Of a stretch of 64,000 bases of DNA, positions 42,861 through 52,089 are shown piece by piece. The stretch covers positions 3,532 through 67,531 of the forward strand of contig DASWRU010000048.1 of assembly GCA_036403015.1 (NCBI GenBank), given 5' to 3'. The notes under the pieces were generated by a model. The model saw only the letters and a list, made by a program, of their open reading frames with translations. It was not told where the DNA came from and made no database searches. A program made the translations under genes and the position numbers. Within the stretch, counting starts at the first letter, position 1; each line of letters opens with the position of its first letter. Source of the stretch: Allosphingosinicella sp. GTDB taxonomy: Bacteria > Pseudomonadota > Alphaproteobacteria > Sphingomonadales > Sphingomonadaceae.

Positions 42861-43694
42861 TCAACCGTCGCGTTCCAGCTTCTGCATCGCCTTTTCCCAG
42901 TCGCCGAGGCTGGAGCGCGCGTCCTGGACGAAGCGCGAATGGCGCACGCCGGCCAGGAACAGGCCTCCGAGGAGGCGGCCGGCGAGGCCCGTCGGCCGCC
43001 GGAACTGGATGAGCAGGATGACCCGCTGCTCGTCCGTGTCGTTCCACACTTCGTGGTGGTAGGTGTCGTCGAACACGAGCACCTCGCCCTGCTTCCAGCT
43101 CAGCATCTCCTCGTCGACCTGCATCCGGCAGGCTTCCCGCCTGGCCGGCACGACGATGCCGAGATGGGCGGTGAGGATCGCCTTGGTGACTCCGCGGTGG
43201 CGGGGAATATGGGCGCCCGGCGCGAGAATGGAGAAGAAGGCGCTGTTGAGGCCGGGCAGGCGCGACACCGCGTCGGCGGTGTTCGGACAGCGCGCGCAAT
43301 TCTCCTCGTTGCGATAGCCGTAGCCGTAGAGGAAGAAGCTCTTCCACTTGCCGGGCGGCGCGATGCGGCGGTGGTCGGGCGAGATCTCGGCCAGGGGGGG
43401 AATCCCCTCCTCGCGCGCCAGCAACGCGTCCACTTCGGCGTGGATCTCAGGCCAGCGCGCTTCAAGCCCCGCGATCCAGGGGAAGAGGCGCGGATCGTGG
43501 ACCGGGCTGTTCCCCACGGTGGAGGAGCGGGCGATGATGGCGCTGATCCGGTGCCTGAGGCGCTTGCCGATGCGGAACAGAGGCGGCAGCGGCGGCACCG
43601 TGCGCTCGGCGGCGGCGATCGCTTCGGACGAAGAGGCGCGGTCCATCGTCTCCAGATGGCAAAGCGTCGCGGTCGCTTCAATCACTTCCGTCAA
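42861..43694 (-). CDS. aspartyl/asparaginyl beta-hydroxylase family (LpxO-like) dioxygenase
   Basis: FFSILAPGAHIPRHRGVTKAILTAHLGIVVP...VFDDTYHHEVWNDTD. Confidence 0.8.
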   Translation of the reverse strand: MTEVIEATATLCHLETMDRASSSEAIAAAERTVPPLPPLFRIGKRLRHRISAIIARSSTVGNSPVHDPRLFPWIAGLEARWPEIHAEVDALLAREEGIPPLAEISPDHRRIAPPGKWKSFFLYGYGYRNEENCARCPNTADAVSRLPGLNSAFFSILAPGAHIPRHRGVTKAILTAHLGIVVPARREACRMQVDEEMLSWKQGEVLVFDDTYHHEVWNDTDEQRVILLIQFRRPTGLAGRLLGGLFLAGVRHSRFVQDARSSLGDWEKAMQKLERDG

Positions 43695-43707
43695 TTCGGC
43701 GGCGACC

Positions 43708-44154
43708 CTAGCGCCCGGCAGGCTTGGCGCCGGGCTCGTTGGGCACGGGCACGGCCGGCCCGAGGGGCTTGCACGCGGGCAGCTTGAGCTCCGCCAGATC
43801 GGCGCAGCGGCGGACCTGGACGTCGTCGGTGGCGGCGATGAAGATCGCCCAGTCGCCGGTGTCGGTGCAGTGGCCGACCCACATGGCGAGGTTCCTGAAA
43901 TCCTGCTGGAAGGCGCCGTTGTCGACCTTCTTGCAGCGCTGGCCGGAATCGAGGATCGAGCGGCGCAGGCCGAGATAGCGGTAGAGTGGGCTCATCGCCT
44001 TCAGCCGGTCGGAGGCGGGGACGGCGACTCGGACGCTGGTCACGTTGCGCTCGGGCGTCCCGTCCTCGCACGCGGCGAGCGGCATGAGGGCGAGGGTTAG
44101 GGCAATGGGGGCGGCGGCTCCAGGTCGCATGCGCATATCGGTCCTCCCGGTCAT
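43708..44154 (-). CDS. hypothetical lipoprotein
   Basis: Lipobox LALMPLAAC and four further Cys. Start ambiguous (M1, M7 or M9). Confidence 0.5.
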   Translation of the reverse strand: MTGRTDMRMRPGAAAPIALTLALMPLAACEDGTPERNVTSVRVAVPASDRLKAMSPLYRYLGLRRSILDSGQRCKKVDNGAFQQDFRNLAMWVGHCTDTGDWAIFIAATDDVQVRRCADLAELKLPACKPLGPAVPVPNEPGAKPAGR

Positions 44155-44588
44155 TCGATGTCGCGGGCGAAGCGCTCGTTGCCGACGAAGCCGAGCTTTT
44201 CGATGCCCGAGCGCTTCACCGTCGCCAGCACGCGATCGAACGCATCATAACGCGTTTCGGCCTCCGACTGCACCTCCAGCACGCCGTCGGGACGGACGTA
44301 GCGGAAGGCATGGAGGCGCCCGGGCAGGGAAGCTTCGGAAATCGGCGCGCCGTCCCAGAACAGGCGGCCGCCGCCATCGAGGGCGAGGCGGTGCTTCTCC
44401 GGCTCGTCCAGGTTGATCCTGCCCGCCGCCGGCAGGTCGATCTTCACCGCGTGGGTAGCGAGCGGCACGGTCAGGATGACCATGATCAGGAGGACGAGCA
44501 TCACGTCGATCAGCGGCGTCGTGTTCATCTGGGAGATAGGCGCGTCGGCGACGGCGGCGAAGGCGGGGCGGACGGGATGGCTCCTCAT
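44151..44588 (-). CDS. exbD: ExbD/TolR family biopolymer transport protein
   Basis: Inner start. NTTPLIDVMLVLLIMVILT TM segment followed by a periplasmic domain. No exbB or tonB next to it. Confidence 0.8.
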   Translation of the reverse strand: MRSHPVRPAFAAVADAPISQMNTTPLIDVMLVLLIMVILTVPLATHAVKIDLPAAGRINLDEPEKHRLALDGGGRLFWDGAPISEASLPGRLHAFRYVRPDGVLEVQSEAETRYDAFDRVLATVKRSGIEKLGFVGNERFARDIE

Positions 44589-44692
44589 GGCGACGCTCCT
44601 GCTGATGTTATGTAATATTGTGACATCAACGTCGCCGCGGCGCAAGGGGTTCCTCTTCCGCCTCCCTTTCCCGAGGGAGAGGGGAACGGGCC

Positions 44693-45115
44693 TCAGCCGC
44701 CCGGCTTGCCGCGCGGGCGGGGGCGGCCGCCGCCGGGGGCGCCACGAGGGCGGCCGTCGCCCCGGGGCGGGCCCTGGGAGGGCCGGGGCGGGCGCGGGCC
44801 GTCGCCTCGCGGCGCCGGGCGCGGCGGGCGCCTCGTCGAGTCGGGCCGCGGCGCCTGCGCGGCCGGCGCCGGCCGGCCGGGAGAGACCGAATAGCCCTCG
44901 CGCAGCAGGCGCGTGAAGGCGGCGCGGACGCTCGCCGCGACCGCCGCCTGCAGCGCCTCGGGGAGGTCGGCGACCGCGGTATTGGCATGGATGGCGTTGA
45001 GGTCCCTCAGCAAGGTGTTGGGGACGCCCTTCGAAGCCGCCTTCATCGCGACGACGGCGTCGACCACGGCGGCGAAGAGGATGTCCTGCATCACGTCGGT
45101 CGCCGACCTCGTCAT
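44693..45115 (-). CDS. hypothetical protein with Arg/Pro/Gly-rich disordered tail
   Basis: Inner start MTRSATDVMQDILF. The C-terminal 60 aa are RPPRP/GGRPRG-rich. Confidence 0.45.
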   Translation of the reverse strand: MTRSATDVMQDILFAAVVDAVVAMKAASKGVPNTLLRDLNAIHANTAVADLPEALQAAVAASVRAAFTRLLREGYSVSPGRPAPAAQAPRPDSTRRPPRPAPRGDGPRPPRPSQGPPRGDGRPRGAPGGGRPRPRGKPGG

Positions 45116-45276
45116 TATTGTCTCCACCGGCGCCGGTTGCTGGGAGTCGCGCCGCCTCGACTCATAGCTCGCGCGCCGCGGAAAGCCACGCCGCCCGTTC
45201 CGGCGCGCCGCTTCGGCCCCATGCAACCATGGGCGTGCCGGTGCGCTGTTGAGCCCAGGCGGGCAGGGAGACGAAG

Positions 45277-45585
45277 ATGGGCCGTGCGCCGGGATCTCGA
45301 CGAGGCAGTCTGGCGGGCCGTGCCGTGGCGGTCACGGCGGCCCTCCTGTCGGTGCTGAGCCTGCCGCTGCTGCTACCCGCCGCCGCGGTGTCGCCGCTGG
45401 CGCTTCAAGGCAAGGGGCTCAACGACGCGGCGGTCTACGTCTTCTTCCTCAGCCCCCTCCTGCTGCTCGTCACGGTGATCGGCGCCTTCCTCACCTGGCG
45501 ACGCTACAGCCACGCGCGCCTCGCCGTCACGCTCGTCCCGTTCGTCGCCGTCGTGGCGGCGGGGGCCTTCCTGCGCTTTTCCTAG
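45277..45585 (+). CDS. hypothetical membrane protein
   Basis: 102 aa, three hydrophobic segments, GGGAGA RBS. Confidence 0.45.
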   Translation: MGRAPGSRRGSLAGRAVAVTAALLSVLSLPLLLPAAAVSPLALQGKGLNDAAVYVFFLSPLLLLVTVIGAFLTWRRYSHARLAVTLVPFVAVVAAGAFLRFS

Positions 45586-46049
45586 CCGGTGAAGACCCGC
45601 CAGGCGCGGTCCGAGCCGTCATGGGCGCGGCGCAGCGAGACGCTGCCGGCGCTGCCGAACGCGCGGCCGCCGCGCAGCCGGCCGGTGATCATCACCGGCA
45701 CTTCGACATAGTCCCAGTCGCCGGCGCGGACCGGCAAAGAGGGGGCGCCGACCTGGGCGCGGTAGCTTTCATAGACCTTGAAATTGGCGGCGAAGCGCGC
45801 GCGGTCGATGCCGTCGCTGGCGGTCCGCATCGCCCAGGCGCCGTCATAATCGCCCTGCTCGATGTGGGAATAATAGCGCGCGAGAGTGGCGGCGGCGTCG
45901 CCGGCGGCGGCGGGCGGGGCGGGCTGCTCGGGCTGGCGCTGGGCGGGGCGCGTGGCGACGGGGCCGGTGCGCTGCTTCGGCTGGGGCGCGGGGGGCGGCT
46001 TGTCGCAGGCGAAGAGTAGGAGCGGGGCGATGAGGAGGAGCGGGCGCAT
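45582..46049 (-). CDS. hypothetical lipoprotein
   Basis: Lipobox PLLLFAC, a Pro-rich linker, then a globular C-terminal domain. Confidence 0.55.
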   Translation of the reverse strand: MRPLLLIAPLLLFACDKPPPAPQPKQRTGPVATRPAQRQPEQPAPPAAAGDAAATLARYYSHIEQGDYDGAWAMRTASDGIDRARFAANFKVYESYRAQVGAPSLPVRAGDWDYVEVPVMITGRLRGGRAFGSAGSVSLRRAHDGSDRAWRVFTG

Positions 46050-46102
46050 GGGATAGCCATAAGCCTGCCTCCCCGTGAGCGGAAGCTCGCGGGTCTCCTA
46101 TC

Positions 46103-46207
46103 CCCTCTCCCATGGGGAGAGGGTCAGGGTGAGGGGTTCAAGCGTCGGCGAGCAATCACGGACGCCGGAGCCCCTCACCCCTGCCCCTCTCCCCATGGGG
46201 AGAGGGG
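46103..46207. repeat. family B-like double-hairpin element
   Basis: CCCTCTCC-CATGG-GGAGAGGG (46103-46123) and the perfect palindrome CCCCTCTCCCCATGGGGAGAGGGG (46184-46207) flank a core that holds GGGTGAGGGG...CCCCTCACCC. Confidence 0.75.
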
Positions 46208-46210
46208 AAT

Positions 46211-48550
46211 TCAGGCGCTGAGCCGCGTCTGGGTGCCGTGGATGAGGTCGGTGGCGCGCTCGAAGCTCATCGGGCGGCCGAACAGATAGCCCTGGATCTG
46301 GTGGCAGCCCAAATCGCGCATGCGGGTGAAGTCGTCGGCGGTCTCGACCCCTTCGGCGGTGACGGTCATGCGGAAGCTCTTGGCGAGCTGGACGATCGAC
46401 TGGATGATCGCCACCGTCTCGCGATTGTGCGCCGCCTCGCGGACGAAGCTGCCGTCGATCTTGAGCTTATGGAAGACCGCCTTGTTCAGATAGCCGAGCG
46501 AGGAATAACCGGTGCCGAAATCGTCCAGCGCTATGCCGACACCAAGGGCGCGGAGGCGCTTCAAGACGTCGAGCGAGCCTTCCGAATCGCCGAGGAAGAC
46601 GCTCTCGGTGACTTCGAGCTCAAGGCGGTTGGCCTTGAGCTTGTACTTGGCGAGCGCCTCGGAGACGGTGTTGGGCAGGGCCGGCAGGATGAGCTGGCGG
46701 GCCGAGAGGTTGAGGGCGACGCTGATATAGTCCGGCCACACCGCGGCGGCGCGGCAGGCTTCGTCGATGACCCAGTCGCCGAGGTCCATGATCAGGCCGG
46801 TTTCCTCGGCCAGGGTGATGAAGTCGATCGGCGAGACCATGCCGCGGGTCGGGTGGTGCCAGCGGATCAAAGCCTCGAAACCCATCAGGCTCTGGTCGGC
46901 GGCGTTGATCAGGGGCTGGTAGTCGAGGCGGAACTGCTTGAGGCTGATCGCCTGGCGGAGGTCCTGCTCGAGCCGGAGGCGGTCCTCGGCCTCGTTCTGC
47001 ATGTCGGCGGAGAAATAGCAGCACGTGCCGCGGCCTTGGGCCTTGGCCTGGTAGAGCGCGAGATCGGCCTTCTGGATGAGGTCGTCGACGCTCTGGCCGT
47101 CGATCGGGCCGAAGGCGCAGCCGATCGAGACTCCGATGCGGATCTCGGCCTTGTCGATATGATAGGGCTCCGCCACCGCGGCGATGATTCGGCAGGCGAG
47201 GTCGTCGACCTTTTTGCGGCTCTGGGCGTCGCGGATGACGATGGCGAACTCGTCGCCGCCCATGCGGCCGACATGGCCGACCTCGCCCGCTTCCTTGACG
47301 AGGCGCTGCGAGACGCTCTTCAGCACCGCGTCGCCCTTGGGGTGGCCGAACGTGTCGTTGACCGGCTTGAAGCCGTCCAGATCGAGGAACATGATCGCGC
47401 AGGGGACATTGCCCGACTGCGCACCCGACAAAGCCTCGCCGAGCAGCTGGCGCACCCGGCCCCGATTGGGGAGGCCCGACAGCACGTCCATGTTGGCGAG
47501 GTTGGTGAGGCGCTCCTGGGTGCGGCGCACCTCGGTGATGTCGGAGCCGACTCCGCGAAAGCCCTGGAACTGGCCGCCCATGTCGATGATCGGATCGCCG
47601 GCAAGGCTGATCCAGCGGGCGCCGCGGCGGGTCTTCAGCTCCATTTCGAGGTTGGCAAAGGGCTGGCGGGCGAGGAGGGTGCGGCCGAGAGCGCTGTTGC
47701 CGCCCAAGGTGGCGGGGAGCGAATGGCCGATCAGCTGGCTCGCCGAGCGGCCGAGCAAAGAGGTCATTCGCGAGGAAATGTAGACGACGCGATTCTCGCC
47801 GTCGACCTGCCACAGCCAGCCGACGCCGCGATGCTCATATTCCTTGAGGAGGAGGCGGACCGACTCGGCCTGGGTGCGGACGCTGGCGATGGTCTGGAGC
47901 AGCGCGTAGGTCCAGCGGGTGAGCCGCGCCATGCCGAAGATGGCGACCGCGGCGATTCCGACGATGGTGACTCCCATGGTCGGATCGAGGAGGCCGCTGC
48001 CCAGCCAGTAGGCGCAGCACAAGGCGGCGGTGATGGTGGCGATCCAGGCGAAGGCCGCCGCGGGGATCGAGGCCAAAGCGACGGCGGCGATGATCATCGT
48101 CGCCATCGCGGCGACGATCACCACCTGCGCCTCGTGGCTCTGGCTGGCGAAGGCCCAGGTCGGAAGCGAGGCCCAGACGGCGCCGAGGCCGACGGCTTCG
48201 GCGACCGCGCGGGTGACGGAGCGCCGCTCGGCGGAGCGGCTGTCGGCGGCGGAGCGCTCGCGCAGGGCGAAGCGGACATTGAGGAAGTTCACACCGGCGA
48301 CGAGCGCCAGCCACCCGACGATCAGCTCGATCCGGGTGCCGGGGAGAAGCGCCCAGCCGACGAGCAGGCCAGTGCCCATGCCGGTGGCCCCGAAGAAGGG
48401 CGCGAAGAGCGCGCGCGCCTGCGCCTGTCCCTGGTGAAGATGGGCTTCGCGCAGGCGATGGCTGCTCGCATCCGCGCCCATGCTCTCGTCGGCGACCTCG
48501 GCCGGCTCCTCCGGCGGCTCGAGATCGAGGGGGACGGGGGCGTGATACAT
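46211..48550 (-). CDS. membrane PAS-GGDEF-EAL signalling protein
   Basis: N-terminal TM block, a PAS-like segment (WLWQVDGENRVVYISS...), RMGGDEFAIVI, then EALIRWHHP, DDFGTGYSSL and EGVETA. Confidence 0.88.
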   Translation of the reverse strand: MYHAPVPLDLEPPEEPAEVADESMGADASSHRLREAHLHQGQAQARALFAPFFGATGMGTGLLVGWALLPGTRIELIVGWLALVAGVNFLNVRFALRERSAADSRSAERRSVTRAVAEAVGLGAVWASLPTWAFASQSHEAQVVIVAAMATMIIAAVALASIPAAAFAWIATITAALCCAYWLGSGLLDPTMGVTIVGIAAVAIFGMARLTRWTYALLQTIASVRTQAESVRLLLKEYEHRGVGWLWQVDGENRVVYISSRMTSLLGRSASQLIGHSLPATLGGNSALGRTLLARQPFANLEMELKTRRGARWISLAGDPIIDMGGQFQGFRGVGSDITEVRRTQERLTNLANMDVLSGLPNRGRVRQLLGEALSGAQSGNVPCAIMFLDLDGFKPVNDTFGHPKGDAVLKSVSQRLVKEAGEVGHVGRMGGDEFAIVIRDAQSRKKVDDLACRIIAAVAEPYHIDKAEIRIGVSIGCAFGPIDGQSVDDLIQKADLALYQAKAQGRGTCCYFSADMQNEAEDRLRLEQDLRQAISLKQFRLDYQPLINAADQSLMGFEALIRWHHPTRGMVSPIDFITLAEETGLIMDLGDWVIDEACRAAAVWPDYISVALNLSARQLILPALPNTVSEALAKYKLKANRLELEVTESVFLGDSEGSLDVLKRLRALGVGIALDDFGTGYSSLGYLNKAVFHKLKIDGSFVREAAHNRETVAIIQSIVQLAKSFRMTVTAEGVETADDFTRMRDLGCHQIQGYLFGRPMSFERATDLIHGTQTRLSA

Positions 48551-48665
48551 GTTTGTCCTGCTGCTACCGGTCGTGCCTTTCCCTAGCCGGAGAGTTTTGA
48601 TGGAGTGTTAAGGGAGGGATTAATTCTCCCCGGGGGGCCGGCCCGGCGCGGCGCGGCCAAGCCCT

Positions 48666-49262
48666 TCAGCAGCCTTCATATTTCCAGTTTCGGCGCTTGC
48701 CTTCGGCCATCCACGCGACCGCCTGCGCGACCCTTTTCGCCCGCGTCTCGGGCCGTTTGGCCTCGATCACCCATTCGACATATTCGCGCCGGCAGCTCGG
48801 CGCGAAGCCGGCGAAGGTGGCGGCCGCCTGCGGCTCGGCGGCGAGCGCCGTGGCGAGGTCGTCGGGAGTCGCGAGCTCCGGGCGGGGCGGCTTCTTGGGC
48901 CGCGGCTTCGGGCCCGCCTCGATCGCGGTCATAGCCTTGCGCACCAGCGCCTCCAGCTCGGCCCGGGGCGGCAGATCGGCGAGCGAGGTCAAACGGCCGA
49001 ACTGCCCCATCGCGTCGCGCTCGGCGCCGGTTTCGCCGAGCACGTCGCCCGCGCGCCAGAAGCCGAGCGTCGCATGGGCCTTGAACACGGCCGCCATGGC
49101 GAGGATCTTCCCCTTGTAGACGAAGCTCGACATGCTCCACTTGATCGTCTCCTCCACCTCCGGGCAGCCGGCGTGGACGGCGGCACGAATCGCCTCGAGG
49201 ATCGGCCGGGCGAAATCGGCCTGCTTCGCGATATACGCGTCGACGCGGGGGTCTTGGGTCAT
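48666..49262 (-). CDS. DUF1801 / YdeI-OmpD-associated family protein
   Basis: Inner start MTQDPRVDAYIAKQADFARPILEAIR. C-terminal REYVEWVIEAKRPETRAKRV. Confidence 0.7.
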   Translation of the reverse strand: MTQDPRVDAYIAKQADFARPILEAIRAAVHAGCPEVEETIKWSMSSFVYKGKILAMAAVFKAHATLGFWRAGDVLGETGAERDAMGQFGRLTSLADLPPRAELEALVRKAMTAIEAGPKPRPKKPPRPELATPDDLATALAAEPQAAATFAGFAPSCRREYVEWVIEAKRPETRAKRVAQAVAWMAEGKRRNWKYEGC

Positions 49263-49341
49263 GGCGCGGCAATAGCCTCGATGCGGCGGGGAATCGATCC
49301 CGTCCGGGCGAGGGCGACGGATATGCGCTGCTGCCTCCATC

Positions 49342-49364
49342 GTGCAATCAAAATGCGATTGCAC
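49342..49364. promoter_or_regulatory. candidate HicB operator
   Basis: Perfect 8-bp inverted repeat GTGCAATC-N7-GATTGCAC, 30-52 nt upstream of the hicA GTG. Confidence 0.5.
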
Positions 49365-49393
49365 TCTCCCGTCTTTGATGATAGCAGTGCTCC

Positions 49394-49648
49394 GTGAACG
49401 GTCGGCAGAGGAAGACTTTGACGGCGGTCTTTGCCGACCCGGTTTCGCCGGCGGTCGCCTGGGCGTCCATAGAGAACTTGCTCCTCGCCCTCGGCTGTGA
49501 ACTGGTCGAAGGCAGCGGCTCTCGCGTCCGGTTCGCGAAAGACGGGATGATCGAGAGCTTTCATCGCTCGCACCCGGCCAAGGAAGCCAAGAAATATCAG
49601 GTGTTGGCGGCACGGAGCTATCTGTCCCGCTTGGGAGTAGAGCCATGA
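49394..49648 (+). CDS. hicA: HicA family mRNA interferase toxin
   Basis: 84 aa. ...IENLLLALGCELVEGSGSRVRFAKDGMIESFHRSHPAKEAKKYQV. GTG start. Confidence 0.8.
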   Translation: MNGRQRKTLTAVFADPVSPAVAWASIENLLLALGCELVEGSGSRVRFAKDGMIESFHRSHPAKEAKKYQVLAARSYLSRLGVEP

Positions 49649-49986
49649 CGAATATCCTGCGGCACAAAGGCTATGCGGCGCGCGTCGAGTTCGACGTCGA
49701 CGATGGCATCTTCTTCGGCCGGATCGCGGGGATCGAGGATGGGGTCGGTTTTCATGCCGACACCGTGGCGGGCCTGGTCGCCGCGTTCGAGGAGGCGGTG
49801 GACGATTATCTCGGCACCTGCGCCAGGATCGGCAAGGCGCCGGAGAAGCCCTATTCCGGCAAGATGATGCTGCGGGTGAGCCCCGAAACCCACGCCAAGG
49901 CGGCGCTTGCGGCGAAGCTGTCGGGCAAGAGCCTCAATCAGTTCGGGGAGGAAGCGTTGCGGGCAGCGGCGGAGCGCTTCGGCTAG
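49645..49986 (+). CDS. hicB: HicB family antitoxin
   Basis: YAARVEFDVDDGIFFGRIAGIEDGVGFHADT N-domain plus a C-terminal RHH (KMMLRVSPETHAKAALAAKLSGKSLNQF). 4-nt overlap with hicA. Confidence 0.85.
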   Translation: MTNILRHKGYAARVEFDVDDGIFFGRIAGIEDGVGFHADTVAGLVAAFEEAVDDYLGTCARIGKAPEKPYSGKMMLRVSPETHAKAALAAKLSGKSLNQFGEEALRAAAERFG

Positions 49987-51173
49987 CCCCGGCTCCAGCC
50001 CGGCGGCGGCGGGTGGTGGAGGTTGGCTTCGGGGATGAGGCGCCGCAGCTTCCTTGCGAAGCTCTTGAGGCACACCTCGCTTTCGCCGAGCGGGCCGGGG
50101 GTCCAGCGGCGCGAGGCCATGCCGGCCTGGACGCCTTCCACCAGGGCGGTGTCCTCGGCGTTGACGCGGCGGTTGATGCGCCAGTTGAGGTAACGGGCCG
50201 CCTTCATCTCCCGGCCCCATTTTTCAGGCATATCGGCGTCGGGCAGCGCATAGCTGATCTCGCGGATCAGCGTCTCGGTCGGCGAGATGGGCAGGAACTG
50301 CATGAAATCGACCTGGTCGGGATAGAGGTCGAAGGCGACGTTAGGCCACAGCTTGAAATAGAGCCAGCGGCGCTGGAGGTCGGCGGGCAGGTGTGGGACC
50401 TCGGGGAGGAAAGCCTGGTAGGCGCGTTCTGACGGATTGGTGGAAGGGCGCTCGAGCAGGTCTCCGGACATTCGATCGACATGGGCCTCCGCCTCGATCC
50501 GGTAGGCGCGGCCGAACAGGCGGGTGAGGCCGGGATGGGCGATGGCGATGTGGAGGCCGTCCGAATAATTGTCGGCGACGTTCTTCCAGTTGACCGCGCG
50601 GGGGCGCAACGTCACCCGGCCGAGCGCCTGCAGGCCCTCGAGCCGGTAGGGCGCGACCTCGCGCTCGTAGGGCCGCATCATCTCGGCGACCGAAGGGCCT
50701 CCGCTCTCCAGCCGGACGAAGAGGAAGCCGTGCCAGCTTTCCAGCTCCACCGGGAGGAGGCCGAGCCGGGCGGGGTCGAAGCCCGGATATTCGCCCTTGT
50801 GGGGAACGCCGATCAGCCGGCCGTCGAGCGCATAGGTCCAGGCGTGATAGGGGCAGGTGAGGCGCCTGGCGCATCCCGCCTCGCCGGACACAAGGCGCGA
50901 GGCGCGGTGGCGGCAGACGTTGGCGAAGGCGCGGACCGCTTTGTCCTCGCCGCGCACGACGATGACGCTCTCGCCGAGATAATCGAGCGTTCGCCAGTCG
51001 CCCGCCTCGGCGATTTCGCTGGCGTGGCACACGATCTGCCAGGCGGGGCGGATCACCCGCTCCATCTCGACGGCAAAGAATTCCGGGTCGCGGTAGACCC
51101 AGCCGGGGAGGCTGAGCTCCGGCTCCGGTGCGGCCGCGAGATGGGGGAGGGACGACATGGCCCTGTGTGGCAA
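49983..51173 (-). CDS. Rieske [2Fe-2S] aromatic-ring-hydroxylating oxygenase alpha-subunit-like protein
   Basis: CRHRASRL...CPYHAWTY Rieske motif, with a catalytic domain carrying DNYSDGLHIAIAHP. Confidence 0.85.
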   Translation of the reverse strand: MPHRAMSSLPHLAAAPEPELSLPGWVYRDPEFFAVEMERVIRPAWQIVCHASEIAEAGDWRTLDYLGESVIVVRGEDKAVRAFANVCRHRASRLVSGEAGCARRLTCPYHAWTYALDGRLIGVPHKGEYPGFDPARLGLLPVELESWHGFLFVRLESGGPSVAEMMRPYEREVAPYRLEGLQALGRVTLRPRAVNWKNVADNYSDGLHIAIAHPGLTRLFGRAYRIEAEAHVDRMSGDLLERPSTNPSERAYQAFLPEVPHLPADLQRRWLYFKLWPNVAFDLYPDQVDFMQFLPISPTETLIREISYALPDADMPEKWGREMKAARYLNWRINRRVNAEDTALVEGVQAGMASRRWTPGPLGESEVCLKSFARKLRRLIPEANLHHPPPPGWSRG

Positions 51174-51254
51174 AGGGCGGGCTGGTTGTCACCAGCCTTG
51201 CCTCCTTCTCTCCGCCCCCTTGCGTGTTCGTTCCGTTTGCGTGACAATCGCGGC

Positions 51255-51656
51255 ATGAACACCGAACTCATCGTGCTCGCCTGGGGCTGCGTGCTCGCTT
51301 TGGTCCATATCTTCGCCGCGGCCAGGGTGAAGACCCGGCAATATGGGACGAAGTGGAACGTCGGCGCGCGCGACGAGGCGCTGCCGCCGCCGCTGCCGGT
51401 GGTCGGCCGGCTGGCGCGGGCGCAGGCCAATTTCTACGAGACCTTCCCGCTCTACGCCGCGGCGGCGCTGACGGTGTCCGTCGCCCATCTCACCGACCGG
51501 TGGACGGCGATCGGCGCGCTGCTCTGGATCGGCGGCCGCATTGTCTACCTGCCGCTCTACGCTACGGGCGTGCCCTATGTACGCACGGCGGCGTGGCTGG
51601 TCAGCCTGGCCGGCATCGCGCTGGTGCTGCGGCCGGCGATCGCCGCCACCTTCTAA
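51255..51656 (+). CDS. MAPEG family membrane protein
   Basis: Inner ATG, 133 aa, four TM segments, RAQANFYETFPLYAAA motif. Confidence 0.7.
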   Translation: MNTELIVLAWGCVLALVHIFAAARVKTRQYGTKWNVGARDEALPPPLPVVGRLARAQANFYETFPLYAAAALTVSVAHLTDRWTAIGALLWIGGRIVYLPLYATGVPYVRTAAWLVSLAGIALVLRPAIAATF

Positions 51657-52081
51657 TCCTCGCGCGGGACGTCGCGGATGATGGCGAGCGTGCCGTCGCC
51701 GCAGCGCAGGCGGACGGCGCCGTAGCGCTTGCGTGCAGGAAAGGTGCCGCGCACGTCGTAAGTGGCGGGGCCGCCGGTGGCGTCACCGCCGGGCGGCGTG
51801 GTCCGCACCATGATCTCCTGCACCGGCTCGCGCAGCTTCTCGACCGGGCCGAGATCGAGCGAGACGGCATAGCCCTCGCCCGGCACGGTGACCTTCCCAG
51901 CCACCACCAGCATCGGCTTCAGGATGGGGCGGACGTGGGCGGTGGGGAATCTCTCGACATGCGCGCTCCAGCCGGTCGAGGAGACGGCGTGGCACGGCGA
52001 ATAGACTGGGTCGGCGACCGGGATCCGCACCAGGCAGGCGGCCGGGAGGAGGAGGAGCGGCAAGGCGAGGAGGCGGGCCAT
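51653..52081 (-). CDS. hypothetical secreted/lipoprotein
   Basis: Inner start MARLLALPLLLLPAAC (lipobox). Confidence 0.5.
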   Translation of the reverse strand: MARLLALPLLLLPAACLVRIPVADPVYSPCHAVSSTGWSAHVERFPTAHVRPILKPMLVVAGKVTVPGEGYAVSLDLGPVEKLREPVQEIMVRTTPPGGDATGGPATYDVRGTFPARKRYGAVRLRCGDGTLAIIRDVPRED

Positions 52082-52089
52082 GAGGCTGC

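Noticed and set aside
46238-48586. 782-aa plus-strand ORF (and likewise 17926..19395 minus and 22503..24149 plus)
   Set aside because: These are antisense shadows of the PAS-GGDEF-EAL, GGDEF-EAL and DUF1206 genes. They have no motifs and low-complexity R/G/A/D composition.
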